A stretch of DNA of 47,007 nucleotides, filler included, from Jimgerdemannia flammicorona (lineage: Eukaryota): assembly GCA_003990765.1 (NCBI GenBank). It is 2 parts of 2 records of this genome, joined end to end, with 100 filler letters (N's around TTAATTAATTAA, not from the genome) between each part and the next. Parts side by side here need not be neighbours in the genome. Positions count along the whole stretch, not along the records: positions 23,565 to 47,007 come from RBNJ01001105.1; 1 more part is not named here. One strand, given 5' to 3'. The stretch's first letter is position 1; the number at the start of each line of letters is the position of its first letter. The position numbers were made by a program, and so were the translations under genes. Positions 32,222-45,711 of this stretch are shown here, one piece after another. Under the pieces are notes generated by a model that made no database searches, was not told the DNA's origin, and saw only the letters and a program-made list of their open reading frames with translations.

Positions 32222-35048
32222 CACCGGACGAGACCACACTTGCCCTCGATTCCTCCTTTTTCTTTTTTTTGTTTTTTGTTTGGTTCTTTTTTGGAGAGGG
32301 AGGGGGGGAGCAGCCCTATGATGCAACAACTGCTGCCAGCAATGCCAAATCAGGATGGGAATAGTTCCTGATGCTCTCTAATCATATTTAGGCCGTGCCA
32401 GATGGCCTCAATCTTTAACAAACAATGTGCGACTTATCCTTGTCTCCCTTCATATACCTTAGTAAATCGTGTTATGGGTATATACATCCTCCCATGCACG
32501 CACAACGCGGATGGTCACGCGTTGGCGAGAAATCATATCGTATGCGCCATGTTCCCAGCCACGTCTGACGCATTTGATTCATTCTTGCCAGCTGACCAGG
32601 ACCCCCACTTCGCTATTATTTATCCTGTATTCTGGATCACTGACAAATGTAATGCGTTAAAAAATCGCACGCCCACGCTGATGTCTCTGCTGGACTACTG
32701 GCACGACGCAAAGACCAACTGCCAATGTTTCCATTCCACAGATAATATACCAGGACCTTCAAAGGAGCCGTCTTGCGTATAAGAAACTGGCTTTTCAAAG
32801 GCCCTCTTCTTCAGATCCCAATCCCCTCGCTTGAGACGATAATCAAGCCCCCCCCCCCCGAACGGCCAATCAATCGCGGAATCCCATCACGTCGTCCTGC
32901 CCAGTTCTAATCCCCCCTAGCCCGCGAGAGTCTCATGGCGCGCTGTGATCGTGGATGCTGCGAACCGCGCGGTAAGAATCAAGACAAATACATTTCCGGG
33001 AGGACATTGCATCGTATGTACGTCTCGCGCTGGCGTACCGACCTCCTTTTGATGCCGGATATAATTCGAGCTTGTAGTCTGGCGAATTGTTTATCATTTA
33101 GGTCCTGTTGGCGAGACCTGATCCGTTTTCTATGACAATTCCTCCCTTTGCTCATTTGATTCATGAAGCCAGTTGGCAACATCTTGGGCCTTTACTCTTT
33201 GTCGACATCCATTCGCATACGAAGAACATTACCAAGTGCACCTCATTGGATGATAGTGAGTCACAAAAGCTATATACCTGTTTTTGGCCCATCTTTGTAA
33301 CATTATCTGAAACGATTTATCGTAACAAATGGTCGTGTCTGCATCCTTTTCGGTTTATTTGCTATGATGAACGATAAACATGTGGCGATTACGTGAAGAA
33401 TTTAACTTATGTCTCAGAATGACAAGTTTGTTCGTAGCACGTCAAGCAAGTTTCTGGTTTCAAGAGCACCGATTAGTAGCAGAAGCATCCAATGACGCAA
33501 ACTTCCCTTCTCCTTTCACGTGGCCTGCCCAAAGTTTGAGGTAAAGTCTAGCTTTTGAGATCTCTGCGAAAGAAAGCAAATTTATGTGGTTTTACCCCTT
33601 GAGGATGAAGATAATGTTATAAACTTGGTGGTCATTCGCCATCGTCAAAGAAGCGAGAGCGTTGGATGCGGCGAACATGAACTTCGTATTCGAGTTTCCG
33701 AGCTAAATTAGGCTGACGCCAGGACTGTTGGTTCGCTTCTCGTATAATGAACTCGATCGCAGTGTGTACTCCGGATGGATGCTGGTTCGTGTGAGACATC
33801 TCGACCGGGTCTAAAGGCCCTCCCCTCGTCGAGGATGCTCAAAAACTCGTGCTCGTTTGCGAGACAAGGATGGGTAATTCTTATTCTTTCAGTAGGATTC
33901 ATAAGAACTTCGGACACAGGTAGGAAACAACGGAAGCATCCAACCTCATGTCGAGCACAGTATGTACCGGAAAAGGTTAGCTTCGGACGGATGACGCACC
34001 AATGTCGGACGGGCCAGCTATACATATTGCTAATGCAGTCTTTACGTTTCGTAAGATTCCTCAATCGTGAGGGATATATCAAGCTACAGCATCACGATGC
34101 GGGAAGAAATATAAGGGCAAGTCCGATCTTTCTTTTGTACGTAAATATACAAGCCATATATCCGTCCCGCATTCAAACCAAGACACGAAAAACAACCAAA
34201 TACGCGCAAATCAGAACGATCTTGGGTAAAAGTTTTTCTTCCCTATATTCACACTGTTGAAAGGAAAACTTACATTCACTCGAATCTTAGGCGACATTGC
34301 CTCTCCCCTCTATACCGCCTCCATGCTGGCTCACAGAGCTCACTTTTACATTGTAATCACCTTCACCCCAGAGATTTTGCCAGACGAAAGCGACAATCGA
34401 CTTACTATATATTGTTTCTTGTATTTATGCATACTCCAACCCTATCACCATAGGGACGAGGAAAGTGAGGGAGAGAAGAAATAGCGAGACACGGAACCGG
34501 AAGCAGTAATCGCGTCCTCAGCCATGGAGCTGACGAGTGGAGAGGACAACTCTACTTGGAGAAACTTGATTATACATCCAACCGTGGCCCGGGGGAGGTA
34601 TTCGTCGGGAGTACTCTACAGCCTCAGAGTATTACCCTGAACCCGCCGTAGTACTACAAACACACTTGTCTCGGGCATCGTTCAAGAACTAACATTTGGC
34701 TCCGGAACAGATATACGGGAATGTGTCCGCAGCAAGCCTTGCCTCCGCTGCGGTAAACTACTCGCGATCAAGACAGATGCGAATGCGCTCTTATCTATGC
34801 AATACCGGAATGGATTACAGCGTCTAATTGGTCACTCGAAATAATATATGCACACTACTCGCTGTTTTTAACCATTGCCTTACATCTCAATAATGCACCT
34901 ATAATAAACTTTATATAAAGGTTTTCAGACGCAAAGTGATATTACGGCACGGCGAGCGGAAAAAAATTACTATGCGAGCCCGCTCAGTGATGGAAATGTC
35001 ACCCACTATGTAATGCAGTTTGAATTTTGATAGGCATATGTACAATTC

Positions 35049-35670
35049 ATGCTAGAGCAAAGTACACAAACGCCCTCCAACATAAGCTCTTCCAGGGGAA
35101 TTCCCCAACAACCATCGAGAAGTTTCCCACCAGCGCTCGTCGTTCGCCCTCTTGAACTCTGCATGAGGCGCTTCTGCATTTCGTTCCAGACAAAGACGCT
35201 GACTTTGTTTTTGAGTCAGTTCGATGGTCTGCTGGAGCTGGTGACTCAAGGCCCGCGGCATGATCCGAGTAGACCCGCTCCGCTCTATTATCTTCGTCAA
35301 AGGCCAACGCTTCAACGCCCGCCGTCTCGTCTACCTTCTCCTTGAACTAAAATGCCTTGACCTCGGCCACACCAGCGAAATGCGCATGGAGTCTACCCAG
35401 CTTAACTTAGCTGACACGGATATTGAAGCAACAGAAGCTTTCGGCGACATCCCCTCGAACTCGCCATTTCTTCGATACGATCGAACCCTTTTGCAGCGGA
35501 CGCTACCATCTTGCGGCACCGGTTTTCGAGTCATTCGGTCCTACTCACTTTCCCTCAAGCAAAGTAGTTTGGGAACCCAGACATCGAAAGGTCACCTTCT
35601 GTTCACTACTTGTAGATGTAAACGGAAAGGCTTACAATCGACAGAAGAGGGTCGCACATCGACAAAATGA
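35049..35670 (+). pseudogene. Possible decayed LRR (F-box/LRR-like) gene fragment
   Basis: Overlapping frames contain LRR-like segments LLELKCLDLGHT and LNLADTDI. No intact gene model. Confidence 0.25.
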
Positions 35671-37154
35671 ATACGTAGAACGAGGGTTCTATGGCGGCGC
35701 ACAAGAGTTGTGGTGTACATAATACGCGTTGGTAAACCCCACCCAGAGTCGTTGAATGGTTTCAGTGGCGCTACGGTTTGCATAGTCTCTTCTTCGTGTA
35801 CAGGGTGCGCGTGTGAAGGACAAAATGATACGGTGGTTTCCGATGTTCGACAAGGACGAAGTTCGTGTACAGAGGGTTGTGATGCAAAACGATGTCAAAA
35901 AAAAAAAAAAGTCATTTTGAAGCCTGCCGAGAAGTGCCATACCGGTTATATGTAAATACTTTATCCCGCACCACATCTATCACTTGTAGAAGGTGACCGC
36001 CCTGTTGATTGGAATAACGCGAAATCTCGAGGCTGGAACCGGACCCCATGTTTCATAATATTGATCTCTTCTTTGATCGCATAGAGTCTCTTTTCAACGG
36101 TTCTTCCCGTACCATGGAGAAACACCAGGGCCCCCTTTTCCTAAATATGACATGCAAGGGTACCGTGGTGAAACCTATGCATACCTATGAGCCAACTCCC
36201 TCTCCCCAGTGTCCAGGCCGCTAACCCAGGTACATTCCCTCGCCGTCACCGCGAGGATATTGGCTATGTGTAAATAACATTGCAAAAGGGTTTACACTAC
36301 CAACGAGCGAAATCCGCCAACACACCAAGAAGGATGGCCGGAAGCCAGCACAGTGTTAAGGATCACCGAGAATATTTTCCTTCTCGTATAAACATATTCG
36401 TGATACAATCGAGGATGATGCTGATCACAAGATAAGGCATAAAGGAGACCCGATCGCATACAAAGACATGGGACGAACTTCGCCAGCTGGCTGGCTTTGC
36501 AAAAATAAAATATTGTAGTGTCATAGGAGGCTCGATCATATATCATGCCACTTGAAATAGAATATCTGGATTCCAAAGCAACGGTTGGTATGCCGTTCAA
36601 GAATGCAGAGAACTCTACAAATATCATAACATCTTGGAGATTGGTTTACAAAAAAAAAAAAAAAAAACATAAGCATGTTGAGCAGATCGAGGTTAGCCCC
36701 ACCAAATGAGTGGGCCTACTAATAAGCTCTCTGCGAGGCTGAGAGAAAGGCGAATGGCGGACGCGGTTCGTGACGTTCGTTACAAGTCGCGGCGACGTGC
36801 CATGGGTTCGAATTTGGAACATGCGGCAAATCAACTTGAACTTCCCCTTTTACGACACTTGGTCGATGAAACCTGCTTGGTCTGCAGCACTTTTCTTTGG
36901 GGGAGGGGGAGTTATGCGCAAGTGCTTGCCAACAAAGTCTGCATGAAACTGGCAACACTAATCTCGATGGAGATTCCACTTTCTCCTTATTCGCTTATAA
37001 GATAATCACTGCAGAAGCTACTTTGTGAGGCTTCACACAGCCTGAAAGCCTCCTACAAATTCACCGCCGAGATAAATCTCTCGATCTTTTCTTTCCCATA
37101 GTACACTCACACAAGCTGTTCCACCTCTTCGCAATCCAAAGCAAAAAATAACCA

Positions 37155-37919
37155 ATGGGTAACTCCAAATCAAAGTCCACCAAAGCGGGCCAACAGCAAA
37201 ATTATGCTCAAGCGAACACGAAATCCAGTGGCCAAAAGAACGCTGGTCAGAAGAACGCCGGCCAAAAAGGCGCCAGCCAGAAAGGCGCCGGCCAGAAGGG
37301 TGGCGGTCAGAAGGGCGGCGGCGGTCAGAAGGGTGGCCAGAAGGGAGGCGGCGACGGTGGCCAGAAGGGAGGCGGCGGCGGTGGCCAGAGGGGAGGTGGT
37401 GGCGGTGGCCAGAAGGGCGGTGGCCAGAAGGGCGGTGGCCAAAAAAATGGCGGGTACTCGCAAAATTCCGACGACGACTCGGAATCGCTCTATGCCGACG
37501 ATTACTATCCGTACTCGCAAAGTTACTCGCAGGACACAGATTCGGCAATGGCCACCACCGGCAAGAACTCTCGACTCGTCTACAGGACGATTATCAGCAC
37601 GTCCACCGGTATGTTGGGCGGTAGCGACTCTCGCGATATGACGACCATCATCCATTCGTCCTACCCGCCCGAATATTCAATCCACCATATGTCAGGCCGG
37701 AATGGAATCAATGACGGCCGCACGATCCAGTTGCCCGACGGCCGTGATCAACATCCCGCCGCCTTGTCCGGCCCGCGTAGGAACCAAATTCAAGGCAATA
37801 ACAGGAACCAAATTCAAGGCAATAACAGGAACCAAATTCAAGGCAATAACAGGAACCAGTTGGAATACCCCGGGTTCCCTCAGAGGGAGTCCGATAGGAC
37901 GGTCGCCCGCCGCCGCTGA
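37155..37919 (+). CDS. Single-exon low-complexity Gly/Gln/Lys-rich protein (254 aa), putatively N-myristoylated
   Basis: ATG in aaaataaccaATGG context. N-terminus MGNSKSKSTK fits MGxxxS plus basic residues. About 12 GQK/GQR repeats with varied synonymous codons, and (RNQIQGNN)x3 near the C-terminus. Confidence 0.75.
   Translation: MGNSKSKSTKAGQQQNYAQANTKSSGQKNAGQKNAGQKGASQKGAGQKGGGQKGGGGQKGGQKGGGDGGQKGGGGGGQRGGGGGGQKGGGQKGGGQKNGGYSQNSDDDSESLYADDYYPYSQSYSQDTDSAMATTGKNSRLVYRTIISTSTGMLGGSDSRDMTTIIHSSYPPEYSIHHMSGRNGINDGRTIQLPDGRDQHPAALSGPRRNQIQGNNRNQIQGNNRNQIQGNNRNQLEYPGFPQRESDRTVARRR
37779..37858 (+). repeat. Perfect 24-bp coding tandem repeat, 3.3 copies
   Basis: aggaaccaaattcaaggcaataac x3 followed by aggaacca. 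Confidence 0.95.
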
Positions 37920-38174
37920 GCAGGGAGAGGCACGAGATTGTCCGTCGCAGATACCGGTGAATACGGTTGATGAGTTCGTCATTTCGGTGTTACCGCAAAT
38001 GGAGGTGTATATAGAAGATAGCGGTGTTTGGAATTGTTGTTTCTATTTGAATTAGGCGTGTATGCGTAGGGAGGAGGGAAAAGAGAGCAGAAGCTGTGGT
38101 TTCAAGTATATAGTAATAAAAATTGGCAACACTTGATCTAATATTACTATATACTTAATATATCTGAAAATTGT

Positions 38175-38275
38175 TGTGACGTCGCCTATCGCGCTGCGTC
38201 ACCCGCGAGCCCGCGAACTCGCGTTGATTGATTGACCAGTGTAAACAAACATCGCTCCTCTCTCTCTCGCGAATA
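38175..38275 (+). promoter_or_regulatory. Candidate cell-cycle promoter of SPC105 (CGCG cluster plus forkhead site)
   Basis: Five CGCG cores, including CCCGCGAA (38210-38217, E2F/SCB-like), and GTAAACAAACA (38241-38251, forkhead consensus), all within 120 bp of the ATG. Confidence 0.45.
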
Positions 38276-38289
38276 CCCAAAATACACAG

Positions 38290-41200
38290 ATGGAAGACTC
38301 ACCGCCACGTCACCCAAACAGGGACAAGGAGAACCATAACAACGATGACCCCCTGCTCTCTACCCCTTTACCACTGAACCGCCACGGCAAGAGGACCCAC
38401 GACGAAGAGCCCGAGCCAGGGGGGAAGACCAAGCTGTCACCGGGGAGGAAGAGGAGGCATTCGTCGGTGAGGACGAGACTCGTTTTGTCCGCATCATGAA
38501 ACTCTTTATGTTTGACCTTCTTTTTTTATATTTTATTTTGCTGACTCGCCCACATGCGTGATTACCACAAAATCAAAAACAAACAGATCCCCGGAAAGAG
38601 CATTCTCAAATCGTTGATGGACCCGAACTTTGACCCGCTGGACATTGAAGAGAGCAAGGCCGATGCCGACGTGGCTGATGATACTTTGGCATCGTTCACT
38701 GTAGTGCTTAACAATGAACAAAAGTACGTGCAAGTTTGCCATTCCTTTCAACGAGCCTACGTGCTTTCAACAGGACCTTATCGCTTCCCACGCAATCTGC
38801 CCCATATCACCCCCTAGACCAGAAAAGAAAAAAGCACGCAAATCACTAGGCCGACGCGTCAGCTTTGCCGCCACCGCCCACGTCCGGTATGTTCATTTAT
38901 TTTACCCAGCCTGTCCAAACACCACCATGCAGCTTGTTTGATATAAATTAGCAACTCAACTCTCCCTTCAAACTACCCCAGCCTCTTTGACAAGGAAATT
39001 GAGGACTGGAATACGGGCAACACGCCCAACCCTATGCATTCTACTACCTTCTTCTCTGGTGCCGACCCCCCACCCGATTTTTCCGTCCATCTTGACAGTA
39101 ACGATGGCGCCACCGCGTCCGACGAAGTTACCGGGAACCTATTTCAAATTCCGGATCTGTCATCCGTTCAGCGGCGCAATAGGTTTGTTCGCTCATGAGG
39201 TGTGCGGTCTCGAAGACGATCCATTTTTCTTTTTTTTTTTTTCGAATGTCTAACGTTTCTGTTTCAGCGATGCATTTCAGCTCAGGCTTTCGCTGGACGG
39301 TAACTCCAAACCTACTGATTTGACCCTAATTTCGGACTCTGAATCAGAGAAAAGGTCTTGTTTATCACCTATTCGTGCATGCGAATCAATTTCTAACCAC
39401 ACATATATACAGTTCACTTACTCATGTTGTACGATTTTTTTTTTTTTTTTTTTTTTTCCCAACTTTTCGCTTGCCTACGGCCAACGCAGCTTCGATGTCA
39501 ATCTCAAAGATTACCACACCGATTCCACCGAATCTGACTTCGATGACGTTCTCGGCTCCGCTCGCAAGAAGCAACTCGCTGCCGCCGCGGCCGCGGCTGC
39601 CATGAAAGATCCCGCAGAGGATCCAACTACTACGACGGATAACTCCACTCCGGTCCCAGCTTTAGTTCCGGCCGAAGCCGCTCGCCGCCACAGCCTCGCC
39701 TCTCGCCGCGAGAGCACGGGCTCTGCCTGGAGCGAGGGCGAGTCGATGGAGCTCGTCTCGTCCGACGAGGAAGCCCATGCCCGTACCAATATCAGCTTCG
39801 TCGTCTCGGACATGGATGAGAGCGACCTCTCCATGGAAGTAACCAATTGCCTCAGCGGGATTGCTGACGTTCCCTCCGCTGATGAGTCGGTGAACGGATC
39901 GCCGAACCGCGCGCCCGAGAACCCCGCCATCACCGGCGCGGCTGTCGCGACACCCGAGGCCGGGTTTGGGGTGTTCGGGCTTGGTGCCGAAGGGTCACCA
40001 GCCAAGTCAGGGTCACCTGTGTTCGCGTTCAAGCGGGGAGCGCATAACCCGTTCGTATCTGGTGGGGCTGGCGGGAAGCTGGTGTTCGGGAAGGAAGATA
40101 ATGAGCGGGACGAGGAGGACGGCAGGGCCGGGGTTCGGACGTTATTGGATGTAGACGAGGGGGCCACGATGGACGTAACGCGGTGCGTTGGCGGGATACA
40201 GGGGCAGGGAGAGATGACCATGGAGTTGACACGAGCCGTGGGTGGGATCCGGAATGATGAGGAAGACGACGACGAAGAAGAGGAGGAGGAGGTGAGGAGG
40301 GGAGAGATGACCATGGATTTGACGCGGGCGGTTGGGGGGATTAAGGAAGTGAGACAGAGGGATTTAACGTTCGATCTCGCGGAGGAGGAGGATGACAATG
40401 AGGATGAGAACGAAGAGCAGCGGCCCATGACTATGGAGTTGATGAGGGCGGTTAGGGGGATTAGGGGAGAGGAGGAAGAAGAGGGGAGCAAGGCGGTGGC
40501 AGAGAAGATCCAGACTCCTGTCAAGTCGAAAAGTGAGTCATAAAGCATGCTTTGAATGCAGCCCGATCTCTTGCTAGAGTTGCGTTGCGTGTATGTGGTT
40601 CTTTCACTTGCTGACACAATCACTTCTGTGGCTCCATAGTCCCCACCCTTAGCAAAGCTTCAACACCTACAGCCACCACTCCCACCATCACAACACCCAC
40701 CAGAACACTCGCGCCCGTAACCTCAAAGTTCTCCACTCCTCGCCAGTCTGGAGTGTCCCCCTCTTTTCGGGCACGCATGCCTCGTCCTTCCTCTGGCTCG
40801 GAGACGCCCACCAAGGTCACCCCCCGTGCCAATCAGCAGCTTTATCCGTTCGACCGGCTCCCCACGGCGGACACTGCCAACGACCAAGACCCCCTCTCCC
40901 CGCTCGCCCCGCCCAGCAAGCGAAGGAGCGCTGCTGCTGACACCACAGCCTCACCCTCCTCCTCCACACCCAGAGCCCGCCGCGCGACCCTCGCTACCGA
41001 GGAGATCGTCGTCGCCAGGGACGCCGAGGATCTGACGGGCTCGTTCGACAGCAGGAAGACGCTCGGGGCATTAGACGGCCGCCGCAAGTCTATTGCTTCC
41101 GTCATCGCATACCAGCCGTCCCCGTCTGTCAATAAGGTACTCCAGAGCCCCGTCAGGACCCCGGCTAGGACGCCTAGGAGGGGTGGCATGTTGGGTGAGT

Positions 41201-44200
41201 GGCGTGGAGAGGAAGAGAGGAAAGATGGTGGTGGATGGAGCTGTGGATGGGTTGAGTTGAGGGTCGTCGCTTATGTCGCGTTACATTTGACCATTGCAGA
41301 TTTCTTGGATACGTCAAAGGGAAAGAAGGCAGAGAGGAGAGAGGAGAAGAAAGCTGAGGTCGTCATCGAAGGTTGGTTCTCGATAACTGTGTAGCAATCT
41401 TTGCGAAACTTGATTACGATCGTGATTCAACTCGATACACCTCGTATCGGCTGACGCGAGTCAATTCAAACCAACAGCATCTACCTCTTCCGAAACTCCC
41501 ATTGAACCTGCCTTCGTCGTCACGACACCGGCTATTCCGGCTCCGCTCGGCGCAGAGACAACCAATGGAAGTGGATTGTTGGTGGATGATCAGCATACAG
41601 GTGTGTAATGAATACGCGTATGATTGGCATGTTGAATATAAGTTTTATTCGTTCGTTCTTTTTCTAACTGAGATTTGTTCGACCTCTGGTGCAGACAATA
41701 TCTTCGAAGAGCATTTGTCAGTCGTGGACGACTCGTTCGTCGCGGAAGAGGCCAGTATTTCATGCAGATTGTTATTTTGAAACATGAGGCTCATCTTTGG
41801 AATTGTTTGTTGACGTATCGAGAGCTGATAAAACGGCTCTTCCGCCTTTCTGTTCACAGATTCCGCTCCCGTCCTCGCCGCCGCCCAACGTGTCCATGAA
41901 GGAATTCCTGGATTGGGCGGGGATCACGTTCATGGATGGGTTGACGACTACGAAGAGAAGAGAGACAATGGCGATGGACCGGAGCACCGGTATGGATCAT
42001 CTGATTTAGCCTCTATGAGGGAGTAGATATTGTTGGTTGGCTCTGAAATGTTTTTGTTAATGAGTATGGCAATCGGATGCGGCTTTGGAAACGTAGATGT
42101 CTCGCCGATGCTTGCGGATTATGTCAAGGCTGCGGCGAGCTCGATGCCGGAGCTGGAGCTGTACCAATTCGTGAGTCTTACTTTTCTTCATGTGTTTTAT
42201 CGGCATGGATCCTCTCCCGCAAGATTGAAAACAAACCAGTGACACAAATGATCATCAGTGCTGTCAAGAGCTGTCGCGATACATTGAAGAGGGTAAGACC
42301 GCCGTCCAGAAGATTGAGGAGGACGTGGGCGAGAACAACCCGCACTTCTTCCACGAGTATCTGGATGGCAGCGCGGATCTTCGTGATTTCATGGAGGTGA
42401 GGGTTATGATCTTCTATTTCCGTCTTCGGATTTGGATTTTCATGATTTTATGGCATCTCGCCTTGTACCTGACATCTATCCCTGGTCTCCTGTCCTTTGA
42501 ATAACCAATCTCGCAGCAACGCTTCAAATTGATCAAGACCCACTCTCGCCTCTCAGCTAAGGAGAACTGGTATGATTGGCGTGATAAACTCGTCACGGAC
42601 GTGAACGAAGTGCTAAAGAAAAACCTGGAGCATCTGCAGAGGGTACGTGTAGCCGGCGGAATGCTCATCGTTCTGGTGCGAGAATGCTGTTGATCATTTC
42701 CCTGACTGGTCGCTTGTGCACGAATGCCAATCTCTGCAGGACAAGAAATACGTGAATCAGTTCTCGCAGCAGCTAGAAGAGGTCATGCCGGAGGTTGAGA
42801 CGTACCATACAGAGTTGAAGCGGCGTTATTTGGAGGCCAAGGCGAGGTACGTATGCTCGATGGCTATTTGACTGTTCGATGATGACAATTTTCGTACCTT
42901 TGGCTAATTTTCTCTTTGTAATATGGCAGGGAGGAGGAACTCGCAAAATGCGACAAGGAGCAGCTGCAAGGCTTGGAGGAAGCAATTGAGGAGCAGAAGT
43001 AAGCGTCAGCCAACGGTTTCATGAGTTTGGTTATTCTACAAAATGATGCACTCTTTTTTGAATAAACCTTTGACCAATATTTATTGTACTTCAGAGAACA
43101 ATTAACGATCTTCGGCAAAGAGTTGCAAGGCCTCGAGACCCATGAGTCAGAGCTCACGGCGAAGGTGGAAAAGATGGAGGAGGAGAAGAAAGAGATCTTG
43201 GCGGTAGGTGCCTCATGGATTCAGCGAGACGATTGTCGTTTTAGGAAAATATCATTAACACTCATGCACGTTTTTTCACTTAGACTATTGAAAAGGCCAA
43301 TGCCATTTGTGAGGAGTCGAAGTGCGTGACGCAGGAGGACCTGGACAAAGCCAGGAGTAAGTGTTAAATCGGCGGATTTCTCATGCTTCATTACCGCAGG
43401 AATATGCCTCGTCCGACTTTAGCGGCTTTCATTAACGCCCGAACATTTGCTTTTCTCCAACCAGGCGAGTACACTCGTGTCATCGCAATGCACGGCTGGG
43501 TCCCCGTCCGTGTTTCTGTGAGCCTGCTCGAGCTTGTGTTCGACAATGCATTGCGCGTGCGGATCGATTTGGCTAAGTTCAAGGTGCAGGATCCGGAGGA
43601 TGCTGTCAGGGTAGAGTTGGTAGATGAAGCGAAGGTGAAGATGGTATGTGTACATAATTCTTGATGTTGCAGTCGTGAATAAGGGTCAACCAATAAGTGA
43701 AGTGAAAGATCTAGTATTGAAACAATGTTTTTTTTATTTTTATTTTTTTATTTTTGACACGCAGTTTGGTATATTCCTTGCTGGAATTAACACGGCAGCA
43801 CCGAAGTGGCAGGTTCGTGAGGTGAGTCAGCCGCCATTGGTAATGTTCAACAGCAGCAGTTCGATCAACGGCATCGACGCCGAGTCTCATCCTAACTCTC
43901 TCAACGACCTAGATCCTCCAAGACATCGCCTGCTACTGGCACAAAGTCACCCTCCTCCGCAACGAGCTCGCTTACCTCTCCTTAAAGCATCAGCTCGAAC
44001 TCTCGGCCTCCTCTGAAGCCGGTGCGCTTACAGCGCGCATTGCCTTCTTCAGCTACGCCGCCTGCGCTAAGGTTCATCTTGAGCTTGTGTTCACGGCCAA
44101 GGACGTGCGTGCGTACCCGGGTATGGAGGGCGTGAAGAGTAGCGTGGAGGTCTTGTATGGCGGGGTAGACCAGCGGGTGGTAGAACAAGTCGTGAAAAAA

Positions 44201-44284
44201 GGGTTGCGGAATGGCGGGTATGAGGGCTTGAGAGGGCTATGTGCTCAGGTTGCGGAATTGATAGGGAAGAAGGGAAGGTCGTAG
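38290..44284 (+). CDS. SPC105: Kinetochore scaffold Spc105/Spc7/KNL1
   Basis: Multi-exon gene with PP1-docking KSILK (~38596) and RRVSF (~38851), MELT-like repeats (MEVT, MDVT, MELT, MDLT, MELM; 39830-40445), and an Spc7 coiled-coil domain (EFLDWAGITFMD, PELELYQF|CCQEL, ENWYDWR). RWD-like C-terminus ends at TAG 44284. Confidence 0.95.
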
Positions 44285-44692
44285 GCGCTGGATTCGTTTA
44301 TTTAGATTCTCTTCCCTTAAAGACTTGGTTTTAGTTTGCCACTTTTCGTTTTGTGTATATGTGGCCTCGTCCTTGTAAAAATAACCTTTCGCAATTTTTT
44401 CTTCGACTGTAATAAATCTGCAAACATTTTCAACCTTTTCTATTCTGTTAATAGGATTATTGATTGTCAAATCTAGTCCGAGACGCATATGCGAAGGTAT
44501 GATACATGTTGATTATAGTAAAGAGAATGCATTAGGCATTCCAATGTACAAAACGAGTGTCTAAACATGCAGATATTACGGTTGAGGGAATAGATGAGAA
44601 GAAAAAACCAAAAGGGAAGGGGAAGGATAAGATACCAAGACGGAATCACAAAAAAAATATCCACTACCGATGCAACCATGAATTCAACCAAC

Positions 44693-45341
44693 TTATTCCT
44701 CCATCGGCTCCTCCTCCAACTCACCATCGACTCTCCTATTCTGTTCGACCATCTCCATATCATCATCGCGCGATAGTGTCTGCTGCACAATCTGCAGCAA
44801 CTCCTCCAGCTGCTCCTCCGTGAAGCGTTCCTCGCATTCTTCGATGATCTGGTTTCGTGGATGGAAATTATCATGGGAGTCGGGAATTGCGGGCCAGAAC
44901 TGGGTACATAACCAAAAAAAAATGCATTGCATAAGGAACGAACCAGATGCAGCTCAACCATGGACTTGGTCCTCAGGTTCAAGATTTGCAGCTTCTCCGC
45001 CTTGGTCAGCTTCCAATGGTCGAGCGCCGTCAAGAACGCCTCGATCTGCTCAGGCGTCTGGGTGCTGCAAGGGCCTTTTTCTAGGTAGCCCGTAACCTGG
45101 AAGCCAACCAAAAAAACCCCCCGTGTGTCTGCTTAGACCACGCGCTCTTTCCAATGCAGCTGAAACACAAAAACAAATGTCCCGAAATGCAGACCTCGAA
45201 TTGGACAGTGGCGAGGTTCTCGGGAAAATGCATGGTCGGGTTGATGGCGAGGTACTGCTTCTGCTCATCCGCCTGCTCCCTGAGTAAATTTAGAACCTCG
45301 TAATTGCTCAGCATGGCAGCGCGCGGTTGGAGAACCTCCAT
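44693..45341 (-). CDS. RPC17: RNA polymerase III subunit Rpc17/RPC9 (CGRP-RCP, Rpb4 family)
   Basis: Three exons: MEVLQPRAAMLSNYEVLNLL...ENLATVQFE|VTGYL...KLTKAEKLQILNLRTKSMVELHL|IIEECEERFTEEQLEELLQIV...*. Confidence 0.93.
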
Positions 45342-45711
45342 GGTGCTGGGCGCGTAAGTACGCGAAACAAGGGGAAATGCGTAGGTAGGGTGTGGCTTGT
45401 GTTGATGTGTGGATTTAACCGTCACATTTCAAATTCTAATTATAGTTAGCTCAGCAATACTTGTTTTCGAGTCTCATGCCTCCTGATCTAGCTTGATGTC
45501 GAAAACATACAATACTCCTTGACACCAAAATTATGATCATGTGCTTTTTCTAAGATGGCGATTTGTCATGCCACAACCTATTGTCGTATTTTGGTATTGT
45601 GATCTTTCCATGTTTACATGCTCGTAGTACAAACGTCGTCCGGCTCATAAGCCAGAGTGCTATTGTTCCGCCACCAAGGAGCCAGAAAATACTATCTTAA
45701 TGCCTTATCTG

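Noticed and set aside
30793..32371. Poly-Lys and poly-Phe ORFs
   Set aside because: They arise from intronic or UTR homopolymer tracts and from the antisense strand of the cyclin.
37033..37655. Alternative-frame and antisense ORFs over the Gly-rich gene (AARR-rich, LLAT-rich)
   Set aside because: By-products of the GGQK repeat; synonymous variation fits the 37155 frame.
39511..40623. 370-aa minus-strand ORF
   Set aside because: Antisense shadow of the GC-rich SPC105 MELT exon.
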